From the NCBI GenBank assembly GCA_964518865.1, contig CAZFIB010000013.1, positions 2,777 to 66,776 of the forward strand: DNA of 64,000 bases, read 5' to 3'. The position numbers and the translations under genes are program-made. The notes under the pieces are model-generated. The model was given only the letters and a program-made list of their open reading frames with translations. It made no database searches and had not been told where the DNA came from. Shown in pieces: positions 46,445 to 55,891 of this stretch; the stretch's first letter is position 1, and each line of letters opens with the position of its first letter. The DNA is from an uncultured Thermodesulfobacteriota bacterium (lineage in GTDB: Bacteria; Desulfobacterota; WTBG01; CAIYCZ01; CAIRTM01).

Positions 46445-47260
46445 ATGGAGCATGAAAATATTACCTGCGTTGTAACCGGCGCTGCCGGAAGAATGGGCCG
46501 GCGGCTCTGCAGCCTGATTGAAACTTCGCCGAATCATGTGCTGGCCGGAGCAACCGAGCACCCGCACAGCGAACATGCAGGAGACACCCTGCAGGATGCA
46601 ACCGGAATACCGCGCAGGGATATCGTTATCGCAGACAGCCTCGATGCGGTTGCCGCTGACTTCGAAGTCGTTATCGACTTTACGTTTCCCGAGGTCTCCA
46701 TGGAAACGGTTCGCTTTGCCGCCGCCAGGCGCGTGCCTGCCGTGGTCGGTACAACCGGGTTCAGCGAGGAGCAGCGGAGCGAAATCCAGCACCTGAGCAG
46801 GTCGTTTCCCTGTGTCTGTGCTCCGAATATGAGCATGGGGGTCAATGCCCTTTTCAAGCTGGTTGCCGAGGCCGCCGGGGTTCTGCGTGAGGGATTTGAT
46901 GCGGAGATCATGGAGATCCACCACCGCCACAAAAAGGATGCTCCCAGCGGAACGGCCGTGCGGCTTGCCGAAATTATTGCCGACAAATACGGCCGCGATC
47001 TTGCAGCGGTCGGTGTTTTCGGACGGAAGGGTTTTATCGGCGAACGCTCTTGTGAGGAAATCGGTGTTCAAACAATGCGTGCCGGGGATATCGTCGGAGA
47101 GCACACCGTTCTGTTCGGTGGTGCCGGCGAGAGAATCGAGCTTGTCCATCGTGCCCAGAGCCGGGACTGTTTTGCGCAGGGGGCACTGCGTGCCGCCCGC
47201 TGGATTGTCGGACGCCCGGACGGACTCTACGACATGCAGGATGTGCTCGGCTTGAGGTGA
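46445..47260 (+). CDS. dapB: 4-hydroxy-tetrahydrodipicolinate reductase.
   Basis: VTGAAGRMGR NAD(P)-binding motif ... EIMEIHHRHKKDAPSGTA. Confidence 0.9.
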   Translation: MEHENITCVVTGAAGRMGRRLCSLIETSPNHVLAGATEHPHSEHAGDTLQDATGIPRRDIVIADSLDAVAADFEVVIDFTFPEVSMETVRFAAARRVPAVVGTTGFSEEQRSEIQHLSRSFPCVCAPNMSMGVNALFKLVAEAAGVLREGFDAEIMEIHHRHKKDAPSGTAVRLAEIIADKYGRDLAAVGVFGRKGFIGERSCEEIGVQTMRAGDIVGEHTVLFGGAGERIELVHRAQSRDCFAQGALRAARWIVGRPDGLYDMQDVLGLR

Positions 47261-47359
47261 CCGGATACACTGCCCCGGCCGGCACAGCGGCACACCCCCG
47301 GATAAGCAATCATCGAAAAGAGTTCCTCCGGGGCTGCTGCAGTAACGCACACTCCGTCT

Positions 47360-47878
47360 ATGCGGGCTATGGAATCGCTTTGTAACACAGCATTGGTGGG
47401 TATCGGATCCAATATCGGCAACAGGCGCAGGAACTGCCGTCGCGCCGTCGAGGCGCTTCATGCTGCAGCGCGCCTGCAGGTGTGTCACGTTTCCTCATAC
47501 TACGAAACAGAACCATGGGGGGTGCCGGATCAGCGCGGGTTTGTAAACTGTGCTGCAAGGCTTGCGACTTCTCTGAGCGCTGCCGGTGTGTTTTCGGAAC
47601 TGCAGCGCCTGGAAAAGGAACTGGGAAAAAAGGTCGTATCAGTGTGGGGGCCGCGCAGGATAGATATCGACCTTCTTTTTTTTAACAGCGATGTTATTAC
47701 GACAGACCGCCTTGTCGTACCGCACCCCCTGCTGCATGAACGACGGTTTGTGCTGGCGCCTCTTGCCGAAATCGAGCCGGAGTTCGTTCACCCCATCCTG
47801 GGCCTGACGGTCAGAGACCTTCTTGAGAACGTCAGCGATATTAAAAAAGTTGCAAAAATTTCCGGGAGCGTGTATTGA
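47360..47878 (+). CDS. folK: 2-amino-4-hydroxy-6-hydroxymethyldihydropteridine pyrophosphokinase.
   Basis: ALVGIGSNIG...ETEPWG...GPRRIDIDLLFF...HPLLHERRFVLAPL. Confidence 0.85.
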   Translation: MRAMESLCNTALVGIGSNIGNRRRNCRRAVEALHAAARLQVCHVSSYYETEPWGVPDQRGFVNCAARLATSLSAAGVFSELQRLEKELGKKVVSVWGPRRIDIDLLFFNSDVITTDRLVVPHPLLHERRFVLAPLAEIEPEFVHPILGLTVRDLLENVSDIKKVAKISGSVY

Positions 47879-48165
47879 TACTTTCAGGACTTATCAGGCT
47901 TGTTTTTTTTATTCTGCTTGTTTATTTGTTTACGAAGCTGTTTAAAAAGCTTTTTCTCAAGGTCGGCCGGCCCCGGCAAAGCTTTAATGACAAGTTTGCA
48001 GGACGCAAAAGCCCAGCTGTAAACGAAATGGTGCAGGATCCGGTGTGCAGCGTGTATATCCCCCGCACGGAAGCACAGACGCTTATCCATAACGGCACGA
48101 CCTATTTTTTTTGCAGCGCTGCGTGCAAAAAGCGTTTCCAGCGTGACATGGCTTCCGATGCGTAA
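47875..48165 (+). CDS. Small membrane protein with a C-terminal YHS/TRASH-like Cys motif.
   Basis: [22 protein letters not shown]...[12 protein letters not shown]. Confidence 0.5.
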   Translation: MILSGLIRLVFFILLVYLFTKLFKKLFLKVGRPRQSFNDKFAGRKSPAVNEMVQDPVCSVYIPRTEAQTLIHNGTTYFFCSAACKKRFQRDMASDA

Positions 48166-48272
48166 AGCATGATCTGTGCGGGGGGTTCCGATTCTCCAGA
48201 TTTTTTCGACCTGACGCGTACAACGGGTCCGGTGGCCCGCTACGGTATCTTTTTAACAATCCGGCAGAGACC

Positions 48273-49631
48273 ATGAAACCATCCGGTACTGATCAGGGCA
48301 AGCATCGCGACGATGCCGGTCCGGACGATGCTATCGGCAAAGAGGTTATTGTCGAGGATTCGTCCGATACGGCCGAACCCCAGCAGTCATCCGGCCAGAC
48401 CGCCTCCCAGAAGGATCCGCTTGAAATCTATCTCAAAGAAATCCGAAAGATTCCGCTGCTTGACCAGAAGGAGGAGCTGTACTGGGCACGCATGCTGAGC
48501 CGCCGCACAAAAGAGAAAATCAAGCTTCTCAAGCAGGTTGTCGAAATACTCAGCACGGGAAAGTTTTCCCGCCCGCTTAATCAGCTCATGCTTTTTACCA
48601 ACGAATCACTCTACGAGTATGTTCACCTCAAAGAGGCGGTCGATCTTTTCAAGAAAATAAATAAAATCGAGGTGCAGCTCACGCAGCAGGGCGGCCAGCG
48701 TGAAAAGCGCAAGCTGAGCAAGGAAAAAATGAAGCTGAAAAGCGACTATAGCGACAGCCTCGCCAAAATCAGAATCAAAGAACTCAGCGACTGGGAGATG
48801 TTTCTCGACTTTGATAAAAAACGCGGCGGAACCCCGGGCCGCATGCGCAAGGAATATAACGATCTCAAGGGCCTGTGGGAACAGCTGATCGCGCTTGAGC
48901 CCGACATACGCCAGGCCAGACAGAAGCTTATCCAGAGCAACCTGCGGCTTGTCGTCAGTATCTGCCGGCACTACAAAAACAGGATGGTTTCGTTTCGCGA
49001 CCTTGTGCAGGAGGGGAACCTGGGCCTTATAAAAGCAGTGGAAAAATTCGATTACAAGAGGGGCTTTCGCCTGAACACCTATGCTTCCTGGTGGATACGT
49101 GAGAGCATCAACCGGGCTATTGAAGAGAAAAGCCGTGTTATCAGAATTCCGGTGTACGTCAACGAGAAGTTTTACAAAATAAAAAAGGCAGCGAAAGAGA
49201 TGCTGCAGGACGAGGGGCGCGAGTCTTCGATATGCGAGATTGCCAGCAAGCTCAAGATGAATCAGTCCGAAGTCTCGCGCATCCTGACGGCCTTCAAGGA
49301 TCCGGTTTCGCTTGAAACGTCGTCCGCGGACAACGTCGATCCCCTGGAGAACTTTCTTTCAGACGATCAGCCCTCACCGGTTGAAAATATCTGTGAAGAA
49401 ATAATCAGGGAAAGCGCCAACAAAATCATCAACAGCCTGCCCCCGCGTGAGGCCTCTATTCTCAAACTGCGTTTCGGCCTGAGCGAAGAAGGCGAAAAAA
49501 CTCTTGAAGAGGTCGGCGCACGCTTTGCGGTTTCCCGCGAGCGCGTGCGTCAGCTTGAGAACAAGGCACTCAGAAAGCTCAGGAAAAACAAGGAGCTTCG
49601 CACGCTTTTGTCGCTGCTGTCAAAGGGCTAG
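48273..49631 (+). CDS. RNA polymerase sigma-70 family factor (RpoD/RpoS-like, group 1/2; 452 aa).
   Basis: Region 1.2 [16 protein letters not shown]. Region 2 [61 protein letters not shown]. Region 4 HTH. Shorter than canonical RpoD. Confidence 0.8.
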   Translation: MKPSGTDQGKHRDDAGPDDAIGKEVIVEDSSDTAEPQQSSGQTASQKDPLEIYLKEIRKIPLLDQKEELYWARMLSRRTKEKIKLLKQVVEILSTGKFSRPLNQLMLFTNESLYEYVHLKEAVDLFKKINKIEVQLTQQGGQREKRKLSKEKMKLKSDYSDSLAKIRIKELSDWEMFLDFDKKRGGTPGRMRKEYNDLKGLWEQLIALEPDIRQARQKLIQSNLRLVVSICRHYKNRMVSFRDLVQEGNLGLIKAVEKFDYKRGFRLNTYASWWIRESINRAIEEKSRVIRIPVYVNEKFYKIKKAAKEMLQDEGRESSICEIASKLKMNQSEVSRILTAFKDPVSLETSSADNVDPLENFLSDDQPSPVENICEEIIRESANKIINSLPPREASILKLRFGLSEEGEKTLEEVGARFAVSRERVRQLENKALRKLRKNKELRTLLSLLSKG

Positions 49632-49712
49632 CTCCAGGACAAGCAATAGAGCGATGATGGGGAGAGATGTGCTGCCCTGAAAAATTCGTGTTTTGAAACG
49701 ACAGGCCCGCAT

Positions 49713-51224
49713 ATGGCCCGGCTACCGTGTTTTCCCGTTTGTTCCGTGCTGCTTATTGTGCTCTGGATCACTCCTGCAGCGTATTCGCATGATACCTGCT
49801 CGATCGAACTCGACTGCAGCGATGCAGAAGGTACGGTGCGGCCCTTTGCCGAGATAAACTGCGGACCGATTCCGGTCTCTGCATCCGCAACCCAGGTCGA
49901 TGTGACCCGCCAGTTTCAGGAAATCGGCATTACCTCAGTGCGAACGCATGATTTTTACGGTCCGACCGACATATCCATGATATTTCCGGACTGGACGGCG
50001 GACCCGTCCCTGGCGTCCAGCTATGATTTTTCAGAAAGCGACCGTCATATAAACAGTATCGTCGACGGCGGGTTCGAGGTTTTTTTTCGCCTGGGGGAGA
50101 GTGCAAGCGACAATGAGTCGCTGCGGCAGCCGCCGCCCGATTTTTCCGTCTGGGCCGAGGTGTGCAGGCACGTTGTCATGCATTACAATGAGGGATGGGC
50201 CGAAGGTTACCGCTACGATATACGGTACTGGGAGATATGGAACGAGCCCGACCTGGACGGTTTCTGGGCGGGAACCGCTGAGGACTATTATGAGCTGTAC
50301 CGGCTGGCTGCCGAAACCCTCAAAGCGCACGACCCCGACTTGAAGGTCGGCGGGCCGTGCACGTCGAACATAGCCGACGAGCGCTTTGCCGGAGGCTTTC
50401 TTGCCTATATCGATGAACATGATGTGCCGCTTGATTTTTATTCGTGGCACAACTATGCCGACTCCCCGGCAGAGCTGTACGGCAATGCCCTGGCCGTCCG
50501 CAGCATGCTTGACGCCTGCGGGCTGACCGGCTGTGAGAATATCAATACCGAGTGGAACATAAATATTCTCTATCCCCAGCGCGACAATGATAATGCCAAG
50601 AACGCGGCCTTTACCGCCTCCTGCCTGACCGCCTTTCAGGATGCGGGACTTGACCGCGCCTTTCGCTATCGCGCCACCCAGGATGACAGCAGCCTGCTGG
50701 GGCTGATGCTGGGATTCGACCTGAGCCTGTTTGCTGCTGACGGCACCTATAAAGCCCCCGCGCTTTCATATCTTGCGATGCAGTACCTGTACCGTGACAG
50801 CCCGCTGCGCCTTGCCTCCCCCGCAATGGACGCCTCGTCAGGCATTACCTGGCTGGCGGGAAAAGCCGCAGACGGCTCCTGCGTGTCAGTGCTTGTCAGC
50901 AACTACGAAACCGGCGATACGATGTGTAACGTGCGTATCGACAGTCTGCCGTTTCAGGGCGGCTATGCGGCGGCACGCTACCGGATCGACGACACCAGCC
51001 ACCTTGAGACGGTCGGTGCTGCAGCGGTGATGTCCGGTGCCTATGAGACATCCTTTGTGCTTAAGCGTAATTCCGTCGTGCTGCTGCGTCTGGCAGCGTC
51101 TCCCGATCAGCTTCCGCCGGAAGGACCGGCGGTTGCCGATATCCCGCTGCTGCTGCAGCTCAAAATTCTCGATCCAATATTCAAACTGCTCGGGTACTGG
51201 CTGCTGCTGGCAGTGTTCGGGTAG
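49713..51224 (+). CDS. Secreted glycoside hydrolase, (beta/alpha)8-barrel, GH39/GH5-like.
   Basis: Signal peptide. YWEIWNEPD (NEP catalytic-acid motif). WHNY. C-terminal hydrophobic tail. No exact family can be assigned without a search. Confidence 0.55.
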   Translation: MARLPCFPVCSVLLIVLWITPAAYSHDTCSIELDCSDAEGTVRPFAEINCGPIPVSASATQVDVTRQFQEIGITSVRTHDFYGPTDISMIFPDWTADPSLASSYDFSESDRHINSIVDGGFEVFFRLGESASDNESLRQPPPDFSVWAEVCRHVVMHYNEGWAEGYRYDIRYWEIWNEPDLDGFWAGTAEDYYELYRLAAETLKAHDPDLKVGGPCTSNIADERFAGGFLAYIDEHDVPLDFYSWHNYADSPAELYGNALAVRSMLDACGLTGCENINTEWNINILYPQRDNDNAKNAAFTASCLTAFQDAGLDRAFRYRATQDDSSLLGLMLGFDLSLFAADGTYKAPALSYLAMQYLYRDSPLRLASPAMDASSGITWLAGKAADGSCVSVLVSNYETGDTMCNVRIDSLPFQGGYAAARYRIDDTSHLETVGAAAVMSGAYETSFVLKRNSVVLLRLAASPDQLPPEGPAVADIPLLLQLKILDPIFKLLGYWLLLAVFG

Positions 51225-51371
51225 GTCGAAAAAATCATAAATGTGTGTCCGGCGAAGGCGGGAATCCAGTGCTTTCGTTTTCGACTGACTTCTCATCCCG
51301 CCGGGGCTGGATTCGAAATGACAGTACGGATCGGTGCGCACGGCACACCCTGCGGAAGCTTTTCCGCATTA

Positions 51372-51500
51372 GTGCACTTTACACTATTCCATAGCCTTTT
51401 TCCGGCGCCCGCCTGGTGGTGCGAAGCCGGAGCCTCTTTATCTGCGATTTATTTTCGCGGCCGGAGGCCGCTACCCGGCTTCATTGTTTTGGTACATGCC
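51372..51500 (-). repeat. Repeat family B, copy B3 (reverse orientation).
   Basis: Its revcomp reads ggcatgtaccaaaacaatgaagccgggtagcGGCCTCCGGCCGCgaaaataaatcgcagataaagaggctccggcttcgcaccaccaggcgggcgccggaaaaaggctatggaatagtgtaaagtgcac. Confidence 0.75.
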
Positions 51501-51518
51501 GTAGAGCCATTTTTACAC

Positions 51519-51620
51519 TACTATGGCCGTTCTGCCATTGCGAAGAAGCACAGCGACTGAGAAATCTCACGCCCCTGAGGAGATTTCTCCCTTCAATCGA
51601 AATGACAAAAAAAAGATGGC
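51519..51620 (+). repeat. Repeat family A, copy A3.
   Basis: ctactatggccgttctgccattgcgaagaagcacagcgactgagaaatctcacgcccctgaggagatttctcccttcaatcgaaatgacaaaaaaaagatggc. Confidence 0.8.
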
Positions 51621-51742
51621 TGCAAACAAGAGGAAACTGCTTCAGACGGCAGCAGTTCTATTCACCATAGAAGTAATAACAGGGAATATGGTATAATCAT
51701 TTGTGTTTTATATGCTATACACCAATGCGTGTGGAGGGGACG

Positions 51743-54385
51743 ATGAAACTAAAAAAACAAGGCATTGTATGCTGTCTGGCGTTGCTGGTTATGCTTCCCT
51801 GCTGCCGTACCGATCAGCCGTCGACTATCGAAGACGGATCGCAGTGGGAAACGGTCTGCGACCCGGGACTGGGAAACATCAAAAACTACTCAATCGTCGC
51901 CATGGCCGAGTTCCAGGGGCTTCTCTATGCAATGACCCGCAACGAGGAGGCCGGAGCCGAGGTCTGGCGCTACGGGGGAACATCCTGGGAGCAGGTTCCG
52001 TACCCTGACGGAGAAACAAACGGCATATACGGCAATCCGTGGCTGAACTGCCTGTGGGGCGAGATGATTGTTTTCAACGAAAAGCTCTACTGCGGTTTTT
52101 CCTCCGGCTGCCAGGGCCGGGTGCGCAGGTCAACCGGCTGCGAGATCTGGCGTTATGACGGCGATGTCTGGGAGCCGGTCATTTCGGACCGGCTCGATAC
52201 GGAAGAGAACGGTACGATTACCGGCATTGCCGGCTGTGACGACGCCGACACCGAAACAACAGCTTTTTTCACTGACGCGGGTAAAATCTGGGAGATTGAT
52301 CAGTGGGCCGGGGCCGTGCTGCAGATAACCTCGGGCGAGGGACGGTTCCGCCGGTTCGATATTATTGCAAACACCGCCGACACGCTTACCGTGCAGCAGA
52401 ACGAGGTCGACAGCACCGCAAACGATGACTTTACCGAATACACCGTCTGCGGCTCCCGGCACTTCGACAACCCCTTTCCGCCGCATGAGACGGATATCGG
52501 CGCAGTGGCGGCCGGCGATACCTATGAAATCGGCAGCGGCAGCGATGAAAACGGATTCGGCGACTACTGGAACCGCATGGTGACCGGCATGGTAATATTC
52601 GAGGACCGTCTCTATGTCAGCACCGGGCTGAATTACGAGCGCGGCGGCCAGATATGGTACTCCTCCGACGGTGATACCTGGCAGGTAACCAGCCCCGCAC
52701 ACAGCTTCGGCAACTACCACAACAATGAGCTTTACCCCACCGGCCTCAAGCCGGTCAGCACCAGCATCACCGACCTGTGCGTCTCGAGCGTTTCGGGCAA
52801 GCCCGTGCTGTACGCGGGCGGCACGGGCGCCTCGGGCGACAAGGGGCGCTGCTCGCGCATGGCGCGCCTGACCGACGAGGGCTGGGAGCTGATTGTCGAT
52901 GCGGGCGTTGACGACAATGACGAGGGCAGCAATGAAAACGGGTTCGGCTGCGGCATGGACTGCTCGATGTTCAACGGCGACTTCATGCCGTGGAGCCTGG
53001 CTGAGTTCAACGGCATGCTGCACGTGGGCATCCAGTCGATCGCGGGCGCGCGGGTCGTCTATACCCCCACCGGCAGCCCGGAGGACGGCAGCTGGTTTCA
53101 CAGCGTGGGAGGTGACGCCGCTCTGCCCAACGGCTTTGACAACAGCCGCAACCGCGGCAACTATTTTTATTACCAGAACACGGCCGCCAACCTGTATGTG
53201 TATGAGGACACCATGTATGCCGGGCTGGTGTCGCTGTACGCGCCGTCTATCGGCGCCCGGCAGGAGGATCTGACCGGCGCGCAGCTCTGGAAAACCGGCG
53301 ACGGGCTCAGCTGGACGCCGGTGACGCGCAACGGTTTCGGGGATACGAATGCCATCGCCTTTGATGCGTTTGCAGAATACAACGGCGAACTGTATGTGTC
53401 GGTCAACAAGGGAAGCGTCGACAGCCCCGAGGGACTGGAACCGGAGGAGGGCGGCCTGGTGTACCGGCAGGTGTCATACCCCCGGATGCCTGAGCCCGCC
53501 TATGATGCAGTGGAATCGTACACAACCGTTATGCCTCAAAACGGCGACCCGGTCGATATCCATCATCCGGTCCCGGCAGCCGTCCCTGAGGGCACGGTCC
53601 TGCCGGTTGCGCTGCTGCTGCAGGGCGGCCGGGTGGACAAACAGCACTACAGCTCCTACGCACGCATTGTCGCCGCCTACGGTTTTATCGTGCTGGTGCC
53701 GAATCACACCGCGACGTTTTCATTCCCGGGGTACTCATCCGAAGGGCTTTTTTCGCAGATGCGCCAGATTACCGATACGCTTGCGTATGCGGCCGAGCAG
53801 AACGACAATGCAACCTCCCCGCTTGCCGGCATCGTCGACACCGAACGGCTTGTCATGCTGGGGCACTCCTACGGCGCGGCCTGCACGATCGGCGCGATTC
53901 AGAACCAGTGCGAGTATCCCTTCTGCGAGGAGGGCGAAACCTTTACCCGGCCGCCCGAGCTGAAGGCCGCGGCCCTGTGCGGCATCAATACCAAGCCGCG
54001 CGGCAAGCCGTTCGACTACAAGATCAGGGAAACGGACAACGACGGCATCCCGCTGGCGTTCATCAACGGCAGCATCGACAACAATGCCCGCTACTGGGTG
54101 ACCAGGCGCTCGTACGCACTGATCGCTGATCCGCCCAAAATGCTGGTTTTTATCAACGGCGCAAATCATTATGCCATGTGCGACATCAACAACCCCGAGG
54201 GCCCCGGCGAAGATCCCAACGATCCCACGCTTTCGCAGAGCGTTTCCGTTGAGACGGCCGCCCGCTGGAGCGCCCTGTTTCTGCGGGCCTTTGCTCTCGA
54301 TGACGCCGACGCGCTGGCCTATGTCGGCAGTACGGGCGCAAGCCTCGATCCGAACGTGGAGGTGCTGATCGAAACCGGCGGGTAA
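51743..54385 (+). CDS. Secreted/lipoprotein fusion: BNR (Asp-box) beta-propeller-like N-terminal region plus C-terminal alpha/beta-hydrolase esterase domain.
   Basis: Signal peptide MKLKKQGIVCCLALLVMLPCC. Repeated SxDGxTW-like motifs (YSSDGDTWQV, KTGDGLSWTPV; EVWRYGGTSWEQV, EIWRYDGDVWEPV). GHSYGA nucleophile elbow. PVALLLQGGRVDKQHYSSYARIVAAYGFIVLVPNH (PAF-AH/chlorophyllase-like). The ORF track starts at 51701; the ATG at 51743 is preferred. Confidence 0.6.
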   Translation: MKLKKQGIVCCLALLVMLPCCRTDQPSTIEDGSQWETVCDPGLGNIKNYSIVAMAEFQGLLYAMTRNEEAGAEVWRYGGTSWEQVPYPDGETNGIYGNPWLNCLWGEMIVFNEKLYCGFSSGCQGRVRRSTGCEIWRYDGDVWEPVISDRLDTEENGTITGIAGCDDADTETTAFFTDAGKIWEIDQWAGAVLQITSGEGRFRRFDIIANTADTLTVQQNEVDSTANDDFTEYTVCGSRHFDNPFPPHETDIGAVAAGDTYEIGSGSDENGFGDYWNRMVTGMVIFEDRLYVSTGLNYERGGQIWYSSDGDTWQVTSPAHSFGNYHNNELYPTGLKPVSTSITDLCVSSVSGKPVLYAGGTGASGDKGRCSRMARLTDEGWELIVDAGVDDNDEGSNENGFGCGMDCSMFNGDFMPWSLAEFNGMLHVGIQSIAGARVVYTPTGSPEDGSWFHSVGGDAALPNGFDNSRNRGNYFYYQNTAANLYVYEDTMYAGLVSLYAPSIGARQEDLTGAQLWKTGDGLSWTPVTRNGFGDTNAIAFDAFAEYNGELYVSVNKGSVDSPEGLEPEEGGLVYRQVSYPRMPEPAYDAVESYTTVMPQNGDPVDIHHPVPAAVPEGTVLPVALLLQGGRVDKQHYSSYARIVAAYGFIVLVPNHTATFSFPGYSSEGLFSQMRQITDTLAYAAEQNDNATSPLAGIVDTERLVMLGHSYGAACTIGAIQNQCEYPFCEEGETFTRPPELKAAALCGINTKPRGKPFDYKIRETDNDGIPLAFINGSIDNNARYWVTRRSYALIADPPKMLVFINGANHYAMCDINNPEGPGEDPNDPTLSQSVSVETAARWSALFLRAFALDDADALAYVGSTGASLDPNVEVLIETGG

Positions 54386-54503
54386 AAAGACGCTGAGGCA
54401 GGTGCGGCCTCCGGCCTTGAAGGACGAGGGAAGAGGCGAAAGCTTCGGCCTGCCTGCGAAAAGCCGCTATACAACAGCAGCCGGAAGGCGGATGTCCACC
54501 GAT

Positions 54504-55271
54504 TCACCTTTTCTTGTTTATTTTGCAGAGTACGGGATACAGTATAACCGAAGCTGCCAGCAGGCACCAGGCAAGCACCTGTGAGGTGGGGAAGCGTTCG
54601 AACAGCAGATCGCCGCGAACATCACCGCGGAACAGCTCGTTGATCGATCGGAAGCCCGAGTACAGAAACACCCACAGAACGGCAAGCTGCCCGTCGAATG
54701 ACTTGCGCGTTCGAATCGCATACAGCACCAGGAAGGTAATGAGCGCGCCGCCGGCTGAGTAGAGCTGCACCGGGTGCAGCGGCGTGTTGAGTCGTGCAAG
54801 GCTGTGAGGATTCGTGAAGGTAACAGCCCAGGGCAGGCTGCAGGAGGTGCCGTAGCAGCATCCGGCGAAAAAGCAGCCGATTCTTCCGAAAAAGACGCCG
54901 GCGGCGAGAGAAGGCGCAAAAATGTCGAAGGTTTCCCATGTGCCCATGCCGCGCCGGCGTATGATCCAGATGCACAACAGGAGCGCCATGATAAAGCCGC
55001 CGAAAAAGGTAAGGCCGCCTTCCCATATTTTAAACGCATCCAGCACGTGGCCCCGGTAATAGCTCAGGTGTGTCAGTACATAGAACAGCCGGGAGCCGAC
55101 AATAGCCCCCACGATGATGTAGAAGGAAAGATCCAGGACAAACTGCGGATCACGGCCGGCCCGTTTTGCCTCGCGCATTGCCAGCGTAATACCTGCCAGA
55201 AAAGCCGTTGCGACGAAAAAGCCATAGGTTTTGATGGAATACCCGCCGATTTCGATCAGGAGTGGGTGCAT
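54504..55271 (-). CDS. lgt: Prolipoprotein diacylglyceryl transferase.
   Basis: MHPLLIEIGGYSIKTYGFFVATAFLAG...GGLTFFGG...GRIGCFFAGCCYG. Confidence 0.85.
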   Translation of the reverse strand: MHPLLIEIGGYSIKTYGFFVATAFLAGITLAMREAKRAGRDPQFVLDLSFYIIVGAIVGSRLFYVLTHLSYYRGHVLDAFKIWEGGLTFFGGFIMALLLCIWIIRRRGMGTWETFDIFAPSLAAGVFFGRIGCFFAGCCYGTSCSLPWAVTFTNPHSLARLNTPLHPVQLYSAGGALITFLVLYAIRTRKSFDGQLAVLWVFLYSGFRSINELFRGDVRGDLLFERFPTSQVLAWCLLAASVILYPVLCKINKKR

Positions 55272-55789
55272 GGATTCCGTCCCTTCCCGGCGCTGTGCCG
55301 CTTGTTTATAAAAAGTTCGCACACGACATACACGGCAATGCCCACACTGATGGCCGAATCGGCGATGTTGAACGCAGGCCAGTGCCAGGATTTCCAGTAG
55401 ACATCCAGAAAGTCCACAACTTCCCCCTGCCGGAACAGGCGGTCGATAAGATTGCCCAGCGCACCGCCCAGCACCAGGGCCAGGCTCGTTGTTTCAAGCA
55501 TACGCGACCTGTTCACCTGCGTAATGAGATAGCCGATCAGCACAACGGCGATGACGCCGATAAGGGCAAGCGACACCATGCGGTACTGACTGCCGAACTG
55601 TTTGAAAAGCCCGAACGCGATGCCGGTGTTGCGGATGTGGACGATATCGAACAACCCCGGTATCACGGTAACCGTATCATATCGCGAAAGATTTACGCAG
55701 ATAAGGTATTTCGAGGCCTGATCGGCAGCCACCGTCAGGGATGACACAAGGGCTGCAAAAATGATTTTCTTTTTACCGTTGTTCAGCAT
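55256..55789 (-). CDS. lspA: Lipoprotein signal peptidase II.
   Basis: VIPGLFDIVHIRNTGIAFG...FNIADSAISVG. Confidence 0.85.
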   Translation of the reverse strand: MLNNGKKKIIFAALVSSLTVAADQASKYLICVNLSRYDTVTVIPGLFDIVHIRNTGIAFGLFKQFGSQYRMVSLALIGVIAVVLIGYLITQVNRSRMLETTSLALVLGGALGNLIDRLFRQGEVVDFLDVYWKSWHWPAFNIADSAISVGIAVYVVCELFINKRHSAGKGRNPCTHS

Positions 55790-55891
55790 GACGGTGGATG
55801 CTTGCCGCGCTTAGCGCTGCGTTACACACAGGGTTGCGGTCAGTGTCTCGGATAAGCCGAAGCGGAACAGCGTGCGCAAAAAGCCGCACCC

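Noticed and set aside
46418-47488. 356-aa minus-strand ORF spanning dapB and folK.
   Set aside because: Antisense to two well-supported plus-strand genes. Composition is biased and no motifs are present.
52130-53101. 323-aa minus-strand ORF inside the BNR/esterase gene, plus other antisense ORFs at 6450..7220, 7139..8080, 3654..4268 and 14982..15732.
   Set aside because: All are shadows of motif-bearing sense genes in a ~60% GC genome.
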